Part shown: piece after piece, positions 22,479-33,526 of the stretch | Position numbering within the stretch: the first letter of the stretch is position 1 | How the letters are laid out: each line of letters opens with the position of its first letter | Assembly (NCBI GenBank): GCA_965226885.1 | Contig: CBDDEL010000012.1 | Location: 1-64,000 of the forward strand | Length of the DNA stretch: 64,000 nucleotides | Direction: 5' to 3' | Source of the DNA: Opitutales bacterium | Lineage (GTDB): Bacteria > Verrucomicrobiota > Verrucomicrobiia > Opitutales > UBA2987 | Notes under the pieces: generated by a model | Databases searched by the model: none | The model's input: only the letters and a program-made list of their open reading frames with translations | What the model was told of the DNA's origin: nothing | Program-made: the position numbers and the translations under genes

Positions 22479-23695
22479 GTGATTTTTAATAGGCAAAACA
22501 TCAGTTTAGTCTCCTTGTCGGTTCTTTTTTTTTTGGCTGGCCCAACGGCGCACTGACTCAGGAGGACGGCGATTTCTTCAGTCTCCAGCGCCGCCTGATT
22601 GAATTATTCGAGGAAAACAAGGGCGCCATTGTCAGGGTAAGAGCCCGGTTTCAAAAAGGAGAGGGTGAAGAAAGAGCCCAATTGTTTTTGGGAACCGGCT
22701 TTTTTATCAGCCCGGAGGGCCATGTCCTCACCAACAGAAACAAAGCCACCCACCTTGATAACGGCCAAAAGGCGGATCGCATTTCCGTAGATCATAACGG
22801 CATCGATTATGCCGCGGAAATCCTCGGCAGCGACCGGTCCACCAACCTGACGCTCATTAAGGTCGATACCCTGCCCAAGAATTTCAATTTTGTGCACCTC
22901 AGCGATTCACCGGTCACGCCGCCCATCGGCAGCATGGTGGTGCGACTGAGCGCGTTGCACGAATTTGGACCAAGCCCGCGGCTGGGATTGGTTACGGGTC
23001 TGGAAAGTAGTTTTGGCACGGAAAGTTTTCGCGTGCCCTACATTCGCACCAACATGCCCCTGGGTCCCGGAGAATCGGGTTCTCCCTTGCTCGACCTCAG
23101 CGGCAAGCTGGTCGCCGTGTCTGTGGCCAACCTTCCCCCCAACCTGCAAAGCTCCTATTCCATCCCGGCCAGGGCTGCCCTGAGGATACGCGACGAACTG
23201 CTTTTTTCTGGCTTAGTTACTTATGGCTGGCTTGGTTTCCAGGTGCAAATGCGAACCACCACCCAGCAGGGCGCCCAGGTAGTCTTGCAGCAAATTATGC
23301 CCGACGGTCCGGCCGAAAAATCCGGCCTCCTGACCGGCGACATCCTGTTGAAAATCGGCGATCAGGACATTCGCCATACGGGCGACGTGGGCCAAGCGTT
23401 GTTTTACCTGAGAGAGGGTCAATTTGTGACGGCCAGGGTGATTCGGGGCACCGAACAGATCGATTTTACGGTGAAAGTGGAAGCCTGGCCGGAAGATCAG
23501 CCATTCCTGGCCAAAACCGGGACTTTGTCCGGAGAAAAGGACAATGAAACCCCCTTTAAAGAAGGCGTCCAGCAGCCGGTGGCGGCGGAAGTTGCGAATG
23601 TTGAAAGTGAAAACATCTCAAACGGAGACGCTGTGGCAAATACAGTCGAAGTGGAAGGCGGCGAATCAAAGAATTCCGGCAACGACGATCAATAG
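22479..23695 (+). CDS. HtrA/DegP-like S1C serine protease with PDZ domain; signal peptide out of frame at T10 tract (22525-22534)
   Basis: GTGFFISPEGHVLTN, GESGSPL, WLG, GPAEKSGL..GD PDZ motif; GTG 22479 leader stops unless the T-run is shifted. Confidence 0.8.
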
Positions 23696-23850
23696 TTCGA
23701 TCATTATAAGCGGGAATACTTTTTAATTGGCAGTTGTCTCAGGAAATTTTTCCGTTCAGACATTTAAACTTTTTTTCATCTTTCGATTATAATAAGGTAT
23801 ATTGCTGTATGTTGAGTTCTAATAAACAAGAGGATCAATCGGAACAAAAA

Positions 23851-25236
23851 ATGAGAATGGAAAAAGATTCCATGGGTCCGCTGGAAGTGCCCGAGGGGGC
23901 TCTTTATGGGGCTTCCACCCAGCGGGCCGTGCTTAATTTCCCCATTAGCGGCCACTGCATGCCGGGCGATTTCATACGCGGTCTGGGCATAATAAAGTCG
24001 GCCTGTGCCGCCGCCAATATGGAATTGGGCCGCCTGAGCAAAGAAAAAGGCGATCTTATCATCGCCGCCGCCAAGGAAATATCCGAGGGTTTGCTCGACG
24101 AGCATTTTCCCGTCGATGTTTTCCAGACCGGTTCCGGCACCTCCTCCAACATGAATGCCAATGAGGTGATCGCCAACCGGTGCAGTCAACTGACGGGAAA
24201 ACCCATCGGGTCGAAAGACCCCATCCATCCCAATGACGATGTGAATTTGGGGCAATCTTCCAACGATATCATTCCCACCGTATTGCACATCAGCCTGGCC
24301 CTCGCCCTCCAGGAAAAACTCATACCGGCTCTGGACAGACTAGCCTCTGCCCTTGAGGAAAAATCGGAAGCCTGGAAGGATATCGTTAAAATCGGGCGAA
24401 CCCATTTGATGGATGCAACCCCCTTGACCCTCGGCCAGGAGTTTTCCGGCTATGCCGCCCAGGTCCGCAAGGGTAGTCAACGCGCCGGCAAGGCGCGGGA
24501 AGTTTTGACCGAACTCGCCATCGGTGGCACCGCCGTGGGAACCGGCATCAATGCCCACCCGCAATTCGCCGGCAAAGTGTGCCGGATTTTGTCCGAAACC
24601 ACTGCCATCCCGTTTCGGGAGGCGGACAATCACTTTGAGGCCCAGGGGGGGCGGGACGACTGCGTGGAAGCCGCCGGTTACATCAACACCATCGCGGCCA
24701 GCCTGACGAAGGTGGCCAACGACATCCGGCTGCTCGGTTCCGGTCCGCGTTCCGGCCTCGGAGAATTGACCCTCCCGGCCACCCAGCCAGGCTCCTCCAT
24801 CATGCCGGGCAAAATAAATCCGGTCATGAGTGAAATGCTCGTGCAGGCCTCCATTTATGCCATGGGCCTCTGCCATTGCGTTACCCTTTGCGGCCGCGAC
24901 GGACATTTCGAGCTCAACGTCACTATTCCATTGATGGCCCAATCCCTGCACGAATCGATCACCTGCCTGAGCAATGGCGCAGTGGTATTTGCCGAACGCT
25001 GTGTTGAGGGCCTCGAAGTCAACCGGGAACGCTGCCGGGAACTCGTGGACAGTTCTCTCATGCTGGTAACCGCCCTCAACCCCTACATCGGCTACGACAA
25101 AGCGGCCGAAGTCGCCAAAACCGCTTTCGCGGAAAACAAAACCCTCCGCCAAGTCGTCCTCGAAAAGGGCCTTTTGGACGAAGCTACCCTGGACAAGGCT
25201 TTGCGGCCCATTGAAATGGTTCGGCCCAAGGCATAA
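23851..25236 (+). CDS. fumC: Class II fumarate hydratase
   Basis: EKDSMG, QTGSGTSSNMN, HPNDDVN, GSSIMPGK(I)NP. Confidence 0.95.
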   Translation: MRMEKDSMGPLEVPEGALYGASTQRAVLNFPISGHCMPGDFIRGLGIIKSACAAANMELGRLSKEKGDLIIAAAKEISEGLLDEHFPVDVFQTGSGTSSNMNANEVIANRCSQLTGKPIGSKDPIHPNDDVNLGQSSNDIIPTVLHISLALALQEKLIPALDRLASALEEKSEAWKDIVKIGRTHLMDATPLTLGQEFSGYAAQVRKGSQRAGKAREVLTELAIGGTAVGTGINAHPQFAGKVCRILSETTAIPFREADNHFEAQGGRDDCVEAAGYINTIAASLTKVANDIRLLGSGPRSGLGELTLPATQPGSSIMPGKINPVMSEMLVQASIYAMGLCHCVTLCGRDGHFELNVTIPLMAQSLHESITCLSNGAVVFAERCVEGLEVNRERCRELVDSSLMLVTALNPYIGYDKAAEVAKTAFAENKTLRQVVLEKGLLDEATLDKALRPIEMVRPKA

Positions 25237-25248
25237 GCCTTTTCTGCA

Positions 25249-25671
25249 ATGGCTTTTTCAACTTCCTCGTTGGCCTTTCGCACAAAAAATGGCAAGGCCA
25301 CCTACGAAATTACCGCGGAGATCGAGCGAGAGCTGACCCGCGCCGGCCTGCGAGAGGGAACCGTGACGGTTTTTTGCCGCCACACCAGTTGTAGCCTGGT
25401 CATCATGGAAAATGCCGATCCTTCCGCCCGCCGGGACCTGGAATTTTTTTTTGAAAAACTGGTTCCCGAGGGAGACCCGGATTTCGTCCACACCCTGGAA
25501 GGCCCCGACGACATGCCCAGCCACATAAAAATGGCCCTCACCCGCACAACCGAAGTAATTCCCTTCGCCAATGGAAAACTGGCCCTGGGCACATGGCAGG
25601 GAGTATTTTTATGGGAACACCGGGCCCACCCTCACACCCGCCAGATCATACTCAGTTTCGCCGGGGAATAG
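25249..25671 (+). CDS. yjbQ: YjbQ family protein (UPF0047)
   Basis: HTSCSL, ENADP, EGPDDMPSHIK, LGTWQG. Confidence 0.9.
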   Translation: MAFSTSSLAFRTKNGKATYEITAEIERELTRAGLREGTVTVFCRHTSCSLVIMENADPSARRDLEFFFEKLVPEGDPDFVHTLEGPDDMPSHIKMALTRTTEVIPFANGKLALGTWQGVFLWEHRAHPHTRQIILSFAGE

Positions 25672-25737
25672 TTCAGCCCATCCATAATTACTTGCCAATA
25701 AAGGCGCATCCCTGAATGAACGAATGCAGTCGTATTC

Positions 25738-26763
25738 ATGAAAACCGGTAAATGGATAAACATCGGCCTGATCGGAGCCGGGCGCATTGGCCGGTTGCAT
25801 GCCGAAAACCTTTCGCGTCATATAGACGGGGCGCGGTTGTCAGCCATTGCAGATGTTTGCCTAGAGACCGCCGAGGAAATCGCGCAAAAATTTGAGGTTC
25901 CCATGGCCGTCCCGGATTATCGGGTCTTGCTTGAAAACCCGGCCATCGACGCGGTTGCCATCTGCTCCGCCACCGATACCCACTCCGCCATCATCGAAGC
26001 CGCCGCCGAGGCCGGCAAAGACATTTTTTGCGAGAAACCGATCGATTTCAGCCTGCAAAAAATCGACCTTGCGCTGGCCGCGGTGAAAAAGGCGGGCGTC
26101 AAGCTGCAAATTGGGTTTAACCGGCGTTTCGACCCCAATTTTCAAAAAGTCAGGCAATTGGTCGCGGCGGGGAAAATCGGCACTCCCCACCTGCTCCGCA
26201 TCACCAGCCGGGACCCCGCCCCCCCGCCGCTCGAATACATCAAAGTGTCGGGAGGTATTTTTCTGGACATGACGATTCACGATTTCTACATGGCTTCATT
26301 CCTCATGCAGCAACCGGTATCGGAAATTTACGCTGCCGGCAGTGTTCTCGTGGACCCCGCCATCGGGACCGCCGGCGACATCGACACAGCGGCCATCACC
26401 CTTCGATTCGAGGGTGGCGCCATCGGCGTGATCGACAATAGCCGCCAGGCTGTTTACGGTTATGATCAGAGGGTGGAGGTGTTTGGATCGGCGGGCATGG
26501 TGACCATCGGCAACAACTCACCTGATCAGCACGTTTACAGCAACAAGGAGGGCGTCCATTCCACCCTTCCCCATTATTTCTTTTTGGAACGCTACCGCGA
26601 ATCCTACATCGCCGAGATGCGGGAGTTCGTCCAATGCCTGCAACAAGACACACCGCCCGCTGTCTCCGGGGAGGAGGGCCGCCTGCCAGTGGTCATGGGC
26701 CTGGCCGCCCGAAAATCCTGGAAGGAAAACCGCCCCGTCAATTTAAGCGAAATAGATTCGTGA
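25738..26763 (+). CDS. iolG: Inositol 2-dehydrogenase
   Basis: GAGRIG, CEKP, GFNRRFD, SRDP, DMTIHD, YGYDQRVE. Confidence 0.9.
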   Translation: MKTGKWINIGLIGAGRIGRLHAENLSRHIDGARLSAIADVCLETAEEIAQKFEVPMAVPDYRVLLENPAIDAVAICSATDTHSAIIEAAAEAGKDIFCEKPIDFSLQKIDLALAAVKKAGVKLQIGFNRRFDPNFQKVRQLVAAGKIGTPHLLRITSRDPAPPPLEYIKVSGGIFLDMTIHDFYMASFLMQQPVSEIYAAGSVLVDPAIGTAGDIDTAAITLRFEGGAIGVIDNSRQAVYGYDQRVEVFGSAGMVTIGNNSPDQHVYSNKEGVHSTLPHYFFLERYRESYIAEMREFVQCLQQDTPPAVSGEEGRLPVVMGLAARKSWKENRPVNLSEIDS

Positions 26764-26767
26764 AAAG

Positions 26768-26951
26768 GTGAAGTTGTTTGACTTCATGAGGAAGGCGCCA
26801 GCGATTGAGCGGCTGCCGGAAGAGCAAGTTCCGAAGGCTTACCGCCAGAGGCGCATTCAGGTCTTCACCGCCGTTTATCTGGGTTACGCCTTTTACTACC
26901 TGATCCGCAAAAATATCGCCCCTGCCCTACCTTTGCTGATGGAGGATCTAG
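26768..26951 (+). pseudogene. GlpT/UhpC-type MFS transporter, N-terminal fragment truncated by IS1380
   Basis: YRQRRIQVFTAVYLGYAFYYLIRKNI; no continuation after the IS. Confidence 0.8.
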
Positions 26952-29328
26952 CCCGGAAATTTCATAAAAAAAGTATCGCTGATATGCTTATCTGCTGATA
27001 TACAGCAGGATAGATTAAACATTAAAGCAATATCAGCGATGACAAAAAGTAAACAATTAGAACTACAGTTGACAAGGGTAAAAGGCCGCCGTGTGCGGGT
27101 TGATTTTAAGGGCGGTGAGGTTACTTCGGATGCCGGGCTGCTTTTGATCCGGGAAGTGGATCGGCGGTTGGGCTTGACCGAGCAAGCGGCCCGGCAATTA
27201 GTAGACAAACGGCAGAAGGGCAAAGTGCGCCATGAGATGCTGGCCATGATCCGGCAGCGCGTTTACGGGCTGGTGGCGGGCTATGAGGATTTGAACGACT
27301 TTGACACCCTGCGCCGCGATCCTTTGTTGCAAACGGTAACGGGGCGCACTGAAGCGTTGGCCAGCGCGCCGACTTTGTGTCGTTTTGAAAACGGGCAGGA
27401 TCGGCGGGCAGCCTTTGCCCTGAACGAGTTGCTGGTCGAACAGTTCATCGGATCCTTTGCCGAGGAACCCGAAGAGATCATCCTGGACTTTGACGCCACC
27501 GACAATCCGGTGCACGGGCTCCAGGAGGGACGTTTTTTCCACGGTTATTATGATCATTACTGTTTTTTGCCGCTGTATGTTTTTTGCGGCGATCAGCTTC
27601 TGGTGGCCTACCTGCGGCCCAGCAAGATCGATGCGAGCAAGCATGCCGGGGCCATCCTCAAATTGCTGGTTAAACGGTTTCGCCAAAGCTGGCCCCATAC
27701 GCGGATTATTTGGCGTGCCGACAGCGGATTCTGCCGGGATCGGATTCTCTCGTGGTGCGAGCGCAACGAGGTTTATTTTATAGTGGGAACGGCCCGCCAT
27801 GCACGCTTGCAGCAAGCGGCCCGGCAGGGTAGTGTATAAAAAAAGAATGTTATTTTGTATTTTTAGCTGTACAAATAGCGTTAGGCAGTTTATTTTTAGT
27901 GCATGGTTACTAAAATTATTAATTGTCGGCACTGTAGAAGTGAAAATATCATTAAATTTGGCAAGACGCCCAACCATAAACAGCGCTACCGCTGCCATGA
28001 TTGTGGTAAACAAAGCCGCGAAAACCCCACAGTGAAATACACCGAAGAGCAAAAAGAAATGATCCTTCGAGTCTATCAGGAACGCAGCAGTCTACGCGGT
28101 TTACAGCGCGCCTTCGGGGTGAGTCCCAACACCGTTTTGAGTTGGTTAAAAAAAACGACAATCGCTGCGACCGCTCAAAAGCACGATTCTTGCGGCCCGC
28201 CGCCATGATGTCATTGAACTGGACGAACTGTGGTCTTTTGTGGGGCGCAAGAGCGATGCCCAATGGGTTTGGATCGCTCTTTGCCGACGCACCCGTCAAA
28301 TCCTCTCCTATGCCATTGGGCCTCGGGATTGGTATCGTTGCCGGGAACTTTACGAGCGTCTGCCACGGGCCTACAAAAGATGTGCCACCTACAGCGACTT
28401 TTGGAGCACTTATGATGAAGTCTTTCCTCATAACCGATCCGTGGGAAAAGAAACCGGTGAAACGGCCCATGTGGAACGATGGAACAATACCCTGCGCCAA
28501 CGACTGGGTCGTTTCACACGCAAAACCCTCTCCTTTTCCAAGCTTAAGAGTATGCATGAAACCTGTCTGAGACTTTTCATTCATCAACATAATCAAGAAT
28601 TAGCCACCATTCCTACTTAATACACTACCCCCGGCAGTTGCAGGAGCAAGCCAAACAATGGTTCGAGGGTAGCGGCAAAAAGCAACGGCTGTTTCAGCAC
28701 TTCGAGTATGGGGCAAAATCGTGGCGGCGCCAACGCCTTATCATCCACAAAGCCGAACACACCGCACAGGGGTCCAACCCGCGCTTCGTGGTGACGAACC
28801 TGCAGGGCGATCCCCAAGAGCTTTACGACAAAGTATACTGTGGCCGCGGTGAGATGGAGAACCGGATCAAGGAACAGATGCAATTGTTCAGCGAACGCAC
28901 CAGCGCGCATAAATGGTGGGCCAACCAGTGGCGATTGCTCTTGTCGGGGCTGGCCTACACCTTGATGGAAGCCTTGCGCCGGTTCGCATTAAAAGGGACG
29001 AAGTGGGCGCGGCTCCAATGCCACAGTCTACGGCTAAAATTAATCAAGATCGGAGCGGTAATCGTGCGCAACACCCGAACGATTCACTTTCATCTAAGTG
29101 AAAGTTATCCATGGGCCAGTCTTTTCAACCATGCGGCCCGCCGGTTGGTGCCAACCTAAAGGGCGCATTGGCGCTGCCCCCGGCGCTACCGAACCAATGG
29201 GGGAAAGGGGGAAGTGTCTCTACACCCTGAAAAACACCTCAAAATCAAGACGATCCGCCCAAAATACAAAGAAATCCATCTCCAATAGCAATAACGAGCC
29301 AAACTTTACCCTTCATGAAATATCCGGG
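26952..29328 (+). mobile_element. IS1380 family element (variant A) interrupted by IS1
   Basis: Ends CCCGGAAATTTCAT / ATGAAATATCCGGG, CTAG on both sides; transposase 27039-29159 (TSDAG, LDFDAT, RADSGF, RGEMENRIKE) split at 27828. Confidence 0.93.
27828..28629 (+). mobile_element. IS1 family element, copy 3, nested in IS1380
   Basis: 802 bp; TSD CCCGGCAG; InsA/InsB 27903-28620. Confidence 0.95.
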
Positions 29329-29330
29329 CT

Positions 29331-29786
29331 AGTCTAAATGTTCGGCATAATTTTATAGATCTAAGCCAAAGTTCGCAGGGAATGGCAATCCTCGGGCTTC
29401 TTCAATCTGATGGAACGGAAGTTTTTTTCGACCCGCAGAATAAAGATCCATTTGAGGGAGAACCCGTTGAAGGAAATCCCGGTTGGAGGACCTCTACCTG
29501 GTATTTAAATTATGATGTTAATTACTGGCCCTGGATTGAACATGAGGAACATGGCTGGCAGTTTGTTTCAGAGGAAAGCGACAGAGGGGAAAACATTTTT
29601 ATTTGGGACCTCGGTTTGGGGGAGTGGCTGTTTGTGAACGAAAGCGCCTACCGGTGGATGTATCTCTACGGTGCAAATCCCGGCTGGGTCTGGACTTTTG
29701 AGGGCAACACCCCGAAACGCCGTTTTTTCCAAAGAGCCAGCGACGGCAGTCTCTTCAGCTTCCCAGCGGGGTTGCCTCTGGAATAA
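29331..29786 (+). pseudogene. C-terminal remnant of a secreted protein (LRR-cap-like segment plus Trp-rich C-terminal domain)
   Basis: Frame open from the IS end: SLNVRHNFIDLSQSSQGMAILGLLQSDGTEVFFDPQ, then WRTSTW...WPWIEHEEHGW. Confidence 0.6.
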
Positions 29787-29947
29787 ATCTTGAAGCGTGG
29801 AATTCACAATCGAGAAATAACCGCCGCACTATTTTGCTTTCCGTAGTATTGCAATCAATAGATTAAGTAAAGAAACCGGCCGGCAGTAAACCATTGACGG
29901 CGGATATTGATTCTCCAGAATTTGTTAATTTATTTCCCGACTTCGCC

Positions 29948-30742
29948 ATGAGTAAATTATCAGTTGTTATCTGGAATGAAAACGTTCACGAACGGGTGAA
30001 TGAAGACGTCAAGAAAATTTATCCCGATGGTATTCATAACGCCATTGCGGGGGGATTGCGCTCCAGCGATAGCGATGGGCTGCTCGAAGTCTCGACGGCT
30101 ACTTTGGAGCAGCCTGAACATGGGTTGAGCGAGGAGCGTCTGGCAAAAACGGATGTCCTGTTTTGGTGGGGGCACCGCGCCCACGGTGAAGTCGATGAAA
30201 AAATAGTCGATCGGGTGCAGCAGCGCGTCCTCGCCGGTATGGGATTGATTCTGCTCCACTCGGCCCATTTTTCCAAAATATTCAAACGGCTGATGGGGAC
30301 TTCCTGCTCCCTCAAGTGGCGTGAAGCCGGGGAGCGTGAACGGCTCTGGGTGGTCAATCCCGGCCATCCCATTGTTCGGGGCATAGGGGAATGCGTGGAG
30401 TTGGAAAATGCGGAAATGTATGGCGAACCTTTCGGCATACCGGCGCCGGACGAGCAGGTGTTTATCTCATGGTTTGAGGGGGGCGAAGTATTTCGCTCCG
30501 GCTGCTGCTGGTTTAGGGGAAATGGCAAAATATTTTATTTCAGGCCGGGCCACGAAACTTATCCAATTTTCCATAACGAGCAGATTCATCGCATCCTCTA
30601 TAATGCAGCCCAATGGGCTGCCCCTCAGGGAGCCTGGGATGATGTTATGAACGCGCACAATGTGCCCGTGGGGAAGGCTCGCGAAAAAATCCTCCAAAAG
30701 GGCACTTCCCTGCACAGCGAAGGCGAAGAAGGTTTTAAATAG
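29948..30742 (+). CDS. thuA: ThuA-like trehalose utilization protein
   Basis: [44 protein letters not shown]. Confidence 0.9.
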   Translation: MSKLSVVIWNENVHERVNEDVKKIYPDGIHNAIAGGLRSSDSDGLLEVSTATLEQPEHGLSEERLAKTDVLFWWGHRAHGEVDEKIVDRVQQRVLAGMGLILLHSAHFSKIFKRLMGTSCSLKWREAGERERLWVVNPGHPIVRGIGECVELENAEMYGEPFGIPAPDEQVFISWFEGGEVFRSGCCWFRGNGKIFYFRPGHETYPIFHNEQIHRILYNAAQWAAPQGAWDDVMNAHNVPVGKAREKILQKGTSLHSEGEEGFK

Positions 30743-32568
30743 AGGCTGTCCCAAAAATATAAAGATTTTATAGTCTTTTATAGTCAACTGGATGACGTTG
30801 ATAAAAAGAGCCGGAAAGAGCAAGTTTTTGCTCGATCCGGCCAAAAAAGGGTTCTATAATTGAGTTAGCGAAAATCAATATAGCCCTTTCTATGAAAAAT
30901 ATAGCCATCCAATGCCTCCTGCGTCCAGCTTTAACTGTGGTCGACCGGTGCCTCGATTACGATAACTTCCGCGCCACCATTGATCGAATCGATCGGCTGC
31001 TGATCGACTCGGAGGTGGAATCGCAGGCCATTGAGCTGGCCTTGGAGGGGTGGCAGCCAATGGGTCTAAAGGCCCGGCGGCAGCGGGCCAGTTTTGCCAT
31101 CAAGGCACTGCGCATGGATACGCTGGGCCGTCTGCTCGGAGGGATTTCGTTTCGGCATTTGTCGCGGGCTCTGGGCAGCAGCGATCTGTTGGCCGACTTT
31201 TGCCGTGTCCGGCAGATCGATGGCATCAGGGGCATCTCCAAAAGCACCCTGGAGCGGGCCTCGAAGTTTTTCAGCGAAGAGCAGTTGAGGGCCTTGCACC
31301 GGACCTTGACTGAGGTGGTGGGCGATGCCCTTCTGGCCCGGCAGGTGGGATTGGACAAGCCGATTGACACCACCATTTGCCTGATCGACGGCACCTGTTT
31401 GGAGGCTAACATTCATTGGCCGACGGACTGGGTATTACTCAAGGATGTAGCCGGCACGTTGCTCAAAGCGATCCGGCTGATCCGCGAGAAGGCCGGTTTG
31501 CGCCATCGCATGCCGATCGAACCGGAGCCCTTGGCTCGGCAGATGAATCGGCTGTGCATACAGATGACCCACAGCCGGCGGCGAAAGGACAGCGCGCGGC
31601 AGCGCAAGGGTATCTTGAGGCAGATGAAAAAGCTGCTCAAACGGATCGGGGAGCATGCCCGCAGTCACCGGGAATTATTGCAAGCCTGCTGGGAGCAAAG
31701 CGATTACAGCGAAAAACAGGTCCAACAGATCCTCGCCCGGATGGAGCGCATGAGCGAGCAAATCCCGGTGGTCATCAAACAGGCGCACGAGCGGATCATT
31801 GGCGGCCGCCAGGTGAAAAACGCAGAGAAAGTCTTGAGTGTTTACGAACTCGATGGGCAGGTGATTGTGCGAGGTAAAGCGGGCCAAGAGGTCGAGTTCG
31901 GCAACACCCTGTTTTTGGGAGAAAGCGTTGAAGGGTACCTGCTGGACTGGAAACTCTACGGCAGCCGAACTCCAAGCGAAAATGAACAAATGCAAGAGAG
32001 TTTGCAAAGACAGAACCGCTTCAACCTGGAAGAACCCATAGCGGCCATGTGCGCGGACCGGGGATTTGCCTCCCAGCGGGCCCGCCGGCAGTTAGCCCAG
32101 GAGGGAATCTACGACGCGCTCTGTCCACGCGATCCGAAGCAGTTGAAAAAACGGATGGAGGAACCACTGTTCAGACAATTGCAAAAGCGCCGGGCCAGCA
32201 CCGAAGGGCGGATCGGGGTATTGAAGAATCGCTGGCAGGCCGGGCGGTTGCGCAGCAAAGGCTTTGCCAACCGCTCGATCAGCGTAGCCTGGTCGGTACT
32301 CTCGCACAACCTATGGAAAGTAGCCAAGATGCTGGCCCAGCAAGACGAACTAAAAACCAAAGCGGCGGCCTAGAGAGCGGAAAAGCAAGGACAATACTTT
32401 TTCACAGCCGTACTGTCGGCTCATACAAAGAAAACCAGGCAACCGGACCCCAAAACCAGTATCCTAACGTCATAGGAGAGCAAAGTTGATACTCTCCCAA
32501 ATGCAAATACCTCTAAAATGAGCGCCTATCAAAAGCCCTCGCAAAAATCACCCTTTTGGGACAACCTG
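30742..32568 (+). mobile_element. IS5/ISNCY-like insertion sequence, copy 3, at the thuA stop codon
   Basis: Left TIR intact; right TIR GGGACAACCTG (2 changes); 6-bp TSD TAAATA; 10-bp internal duplication 30766-30785. Confidence 0.93.
30892..32373 (+). CDS. DDE transposase (IS5/ISNCY-like), 493 aa
   Basis: Near-identical to the other two copies. Confidence 0.92.
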   Translation: MKNIAIQCLLRPALTVVDRCLDYDNFRATIDRIDRLLIDSEVESQAIELALEGWQPMGLKARRQRASFAIKALRMDTLGRLLGGISFRHLSRALGSSDLLADFCRVRQIDGIRGISKSTLERASKFFSEEQLRALHRTLTEVVGDALLARQVGLDKPIDTTICLIDGTCLEANIHWPTDWVLLKDVAGTLLKAIRLIREKAGLRHRMPIEPEPLARQMNRLCIQMTHSRRRKDSARQRKGILRQMKKLLKRIGEHARSHRELLQACWEQSDYSEKQVQQILARMERMSEQIPVVIKQAHERIIGGRQVKNAEKVLSVYELDGQVIVRGKAGQEVEFGNTLFLGESVEGYLLDWKLYGSRTPSENEQMQESLQRQNRFNLEEPIAAMCADRGFASQRARRQLAQEGIYDALCPRDPKQLKKRMEEPLFRQLQKRRASTEGRIGVLKNRWQAGRLRSKGFANRSISVAWSVLSHNLWKVAKMLAQQDELKTKAAA

Positions 32569-32670
32569 TAAATAACGGCGAAAAACCTATCGCTCGTTAA
32601 ATAATTAATAATACTCTGGTCTCTGGTCCGGTCGGCCAATTTCTAAGCCTGTATGCTCAGTTCCGCCGCT

Positions 32671-33516
32671 TTAAACTTCAATCATCTCATTGTCGATCAG
32701 GCGTGTATTTCCGAATTTTACGGCCAGTGCCAACAAGACCATTCCCATTATCTCTTCAATATTCTCTAAGGTCTCTGTATTCACCATTTCAACGTAGTCG
32801 ATTTCCGCTCCCGGGCGTGACTCGATAAGCCGAGTCATTCGAGAGAGTATCTCTCTCCTGGAATGTGACTTTTCAAGCAAAAGCTTCTTGCCCAGTAGTA
32901 GCGATTCGTAGAGCACGGGCGCGTGTTTTCTTTCCTCTGCCGATAGATAGACATTGCGGGAACTCACGGCCAGCCCGTCTTTCTCCCGTATGGTTGGCCC
33001 GATAATAATTTCGACGTCCATATTGAAGTCGGCCATCATGCGCTTGATAATCAGGGCCTGTTGGGCGTCCTTTTGGCCGAACACAGAGATATGCGGCCGC
33101 ACGATGTTGAACAGCTTGCAGACGACCGTTGCTACGCCCCGAAAAAAAATGGGCCGGGATACCCCGCAGAGCGGCGTCATCATGTCATCGATGTGCAGCC
33201 AGGTCTTGTAACCAGACGGATACATCGTGGTATTGTCCGGCATAAAGACTACTTCGCAGCCGATACCCTCCAACATTTTCAAATCGCGCTCTATACTCCG
33301 CGGATAGGCAGTAAAATCTTCGTGCGGTGCAAACTGTGAAGGATTAACATAGATACTTACGACCAGGACGTTTGTTTTCTCTTTGGCAATCCGCATAAGA
33401 CTAAGATGGCCCTCGTGCAAATAGCCCATCGTGGGAACAAGTCCGATGGTCTTCCCTGCGCGTCGGTATTGCATCATAAGCTGACGCATCGGCTCTATGG
33501 AATCATATATTTCCAT
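32671..33516 (-). CDS. panC: Pantoate--beta-alanine ligase
   Basis: VPTMGYLHEGH, FGQKDAQQ, DGLAVSSRN, RLIDN. Confidence 0.95.
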   Translation of the reverse strand: MEIYDSIEPMRQLMMQYRRAGKTIGLVPTMGYLHEGHLSLMRIAKEKTNVLVVSIYVNPSQFAPHEDFTAYPRSIERDLKMLEGIGCEVVFMPDNTTMYPSGYKTWLHIDDMMTPLCGVSRPIFFRGVATVVCKLFNIVRPHISVFGQKDAQQALIIKRMMADFNMDVEIIIGPTIREKDGLAVSSRNVYLSAEERKHAPVLYESLLLGKKLLLEKSHSRREILSRMTRLIESRPGAEIDYVEMVNTETLENIEEIMGMVLLALAVKFGNTRLIDNEMIEV

Positions 33517-33526
33517 GGAACTCGAT

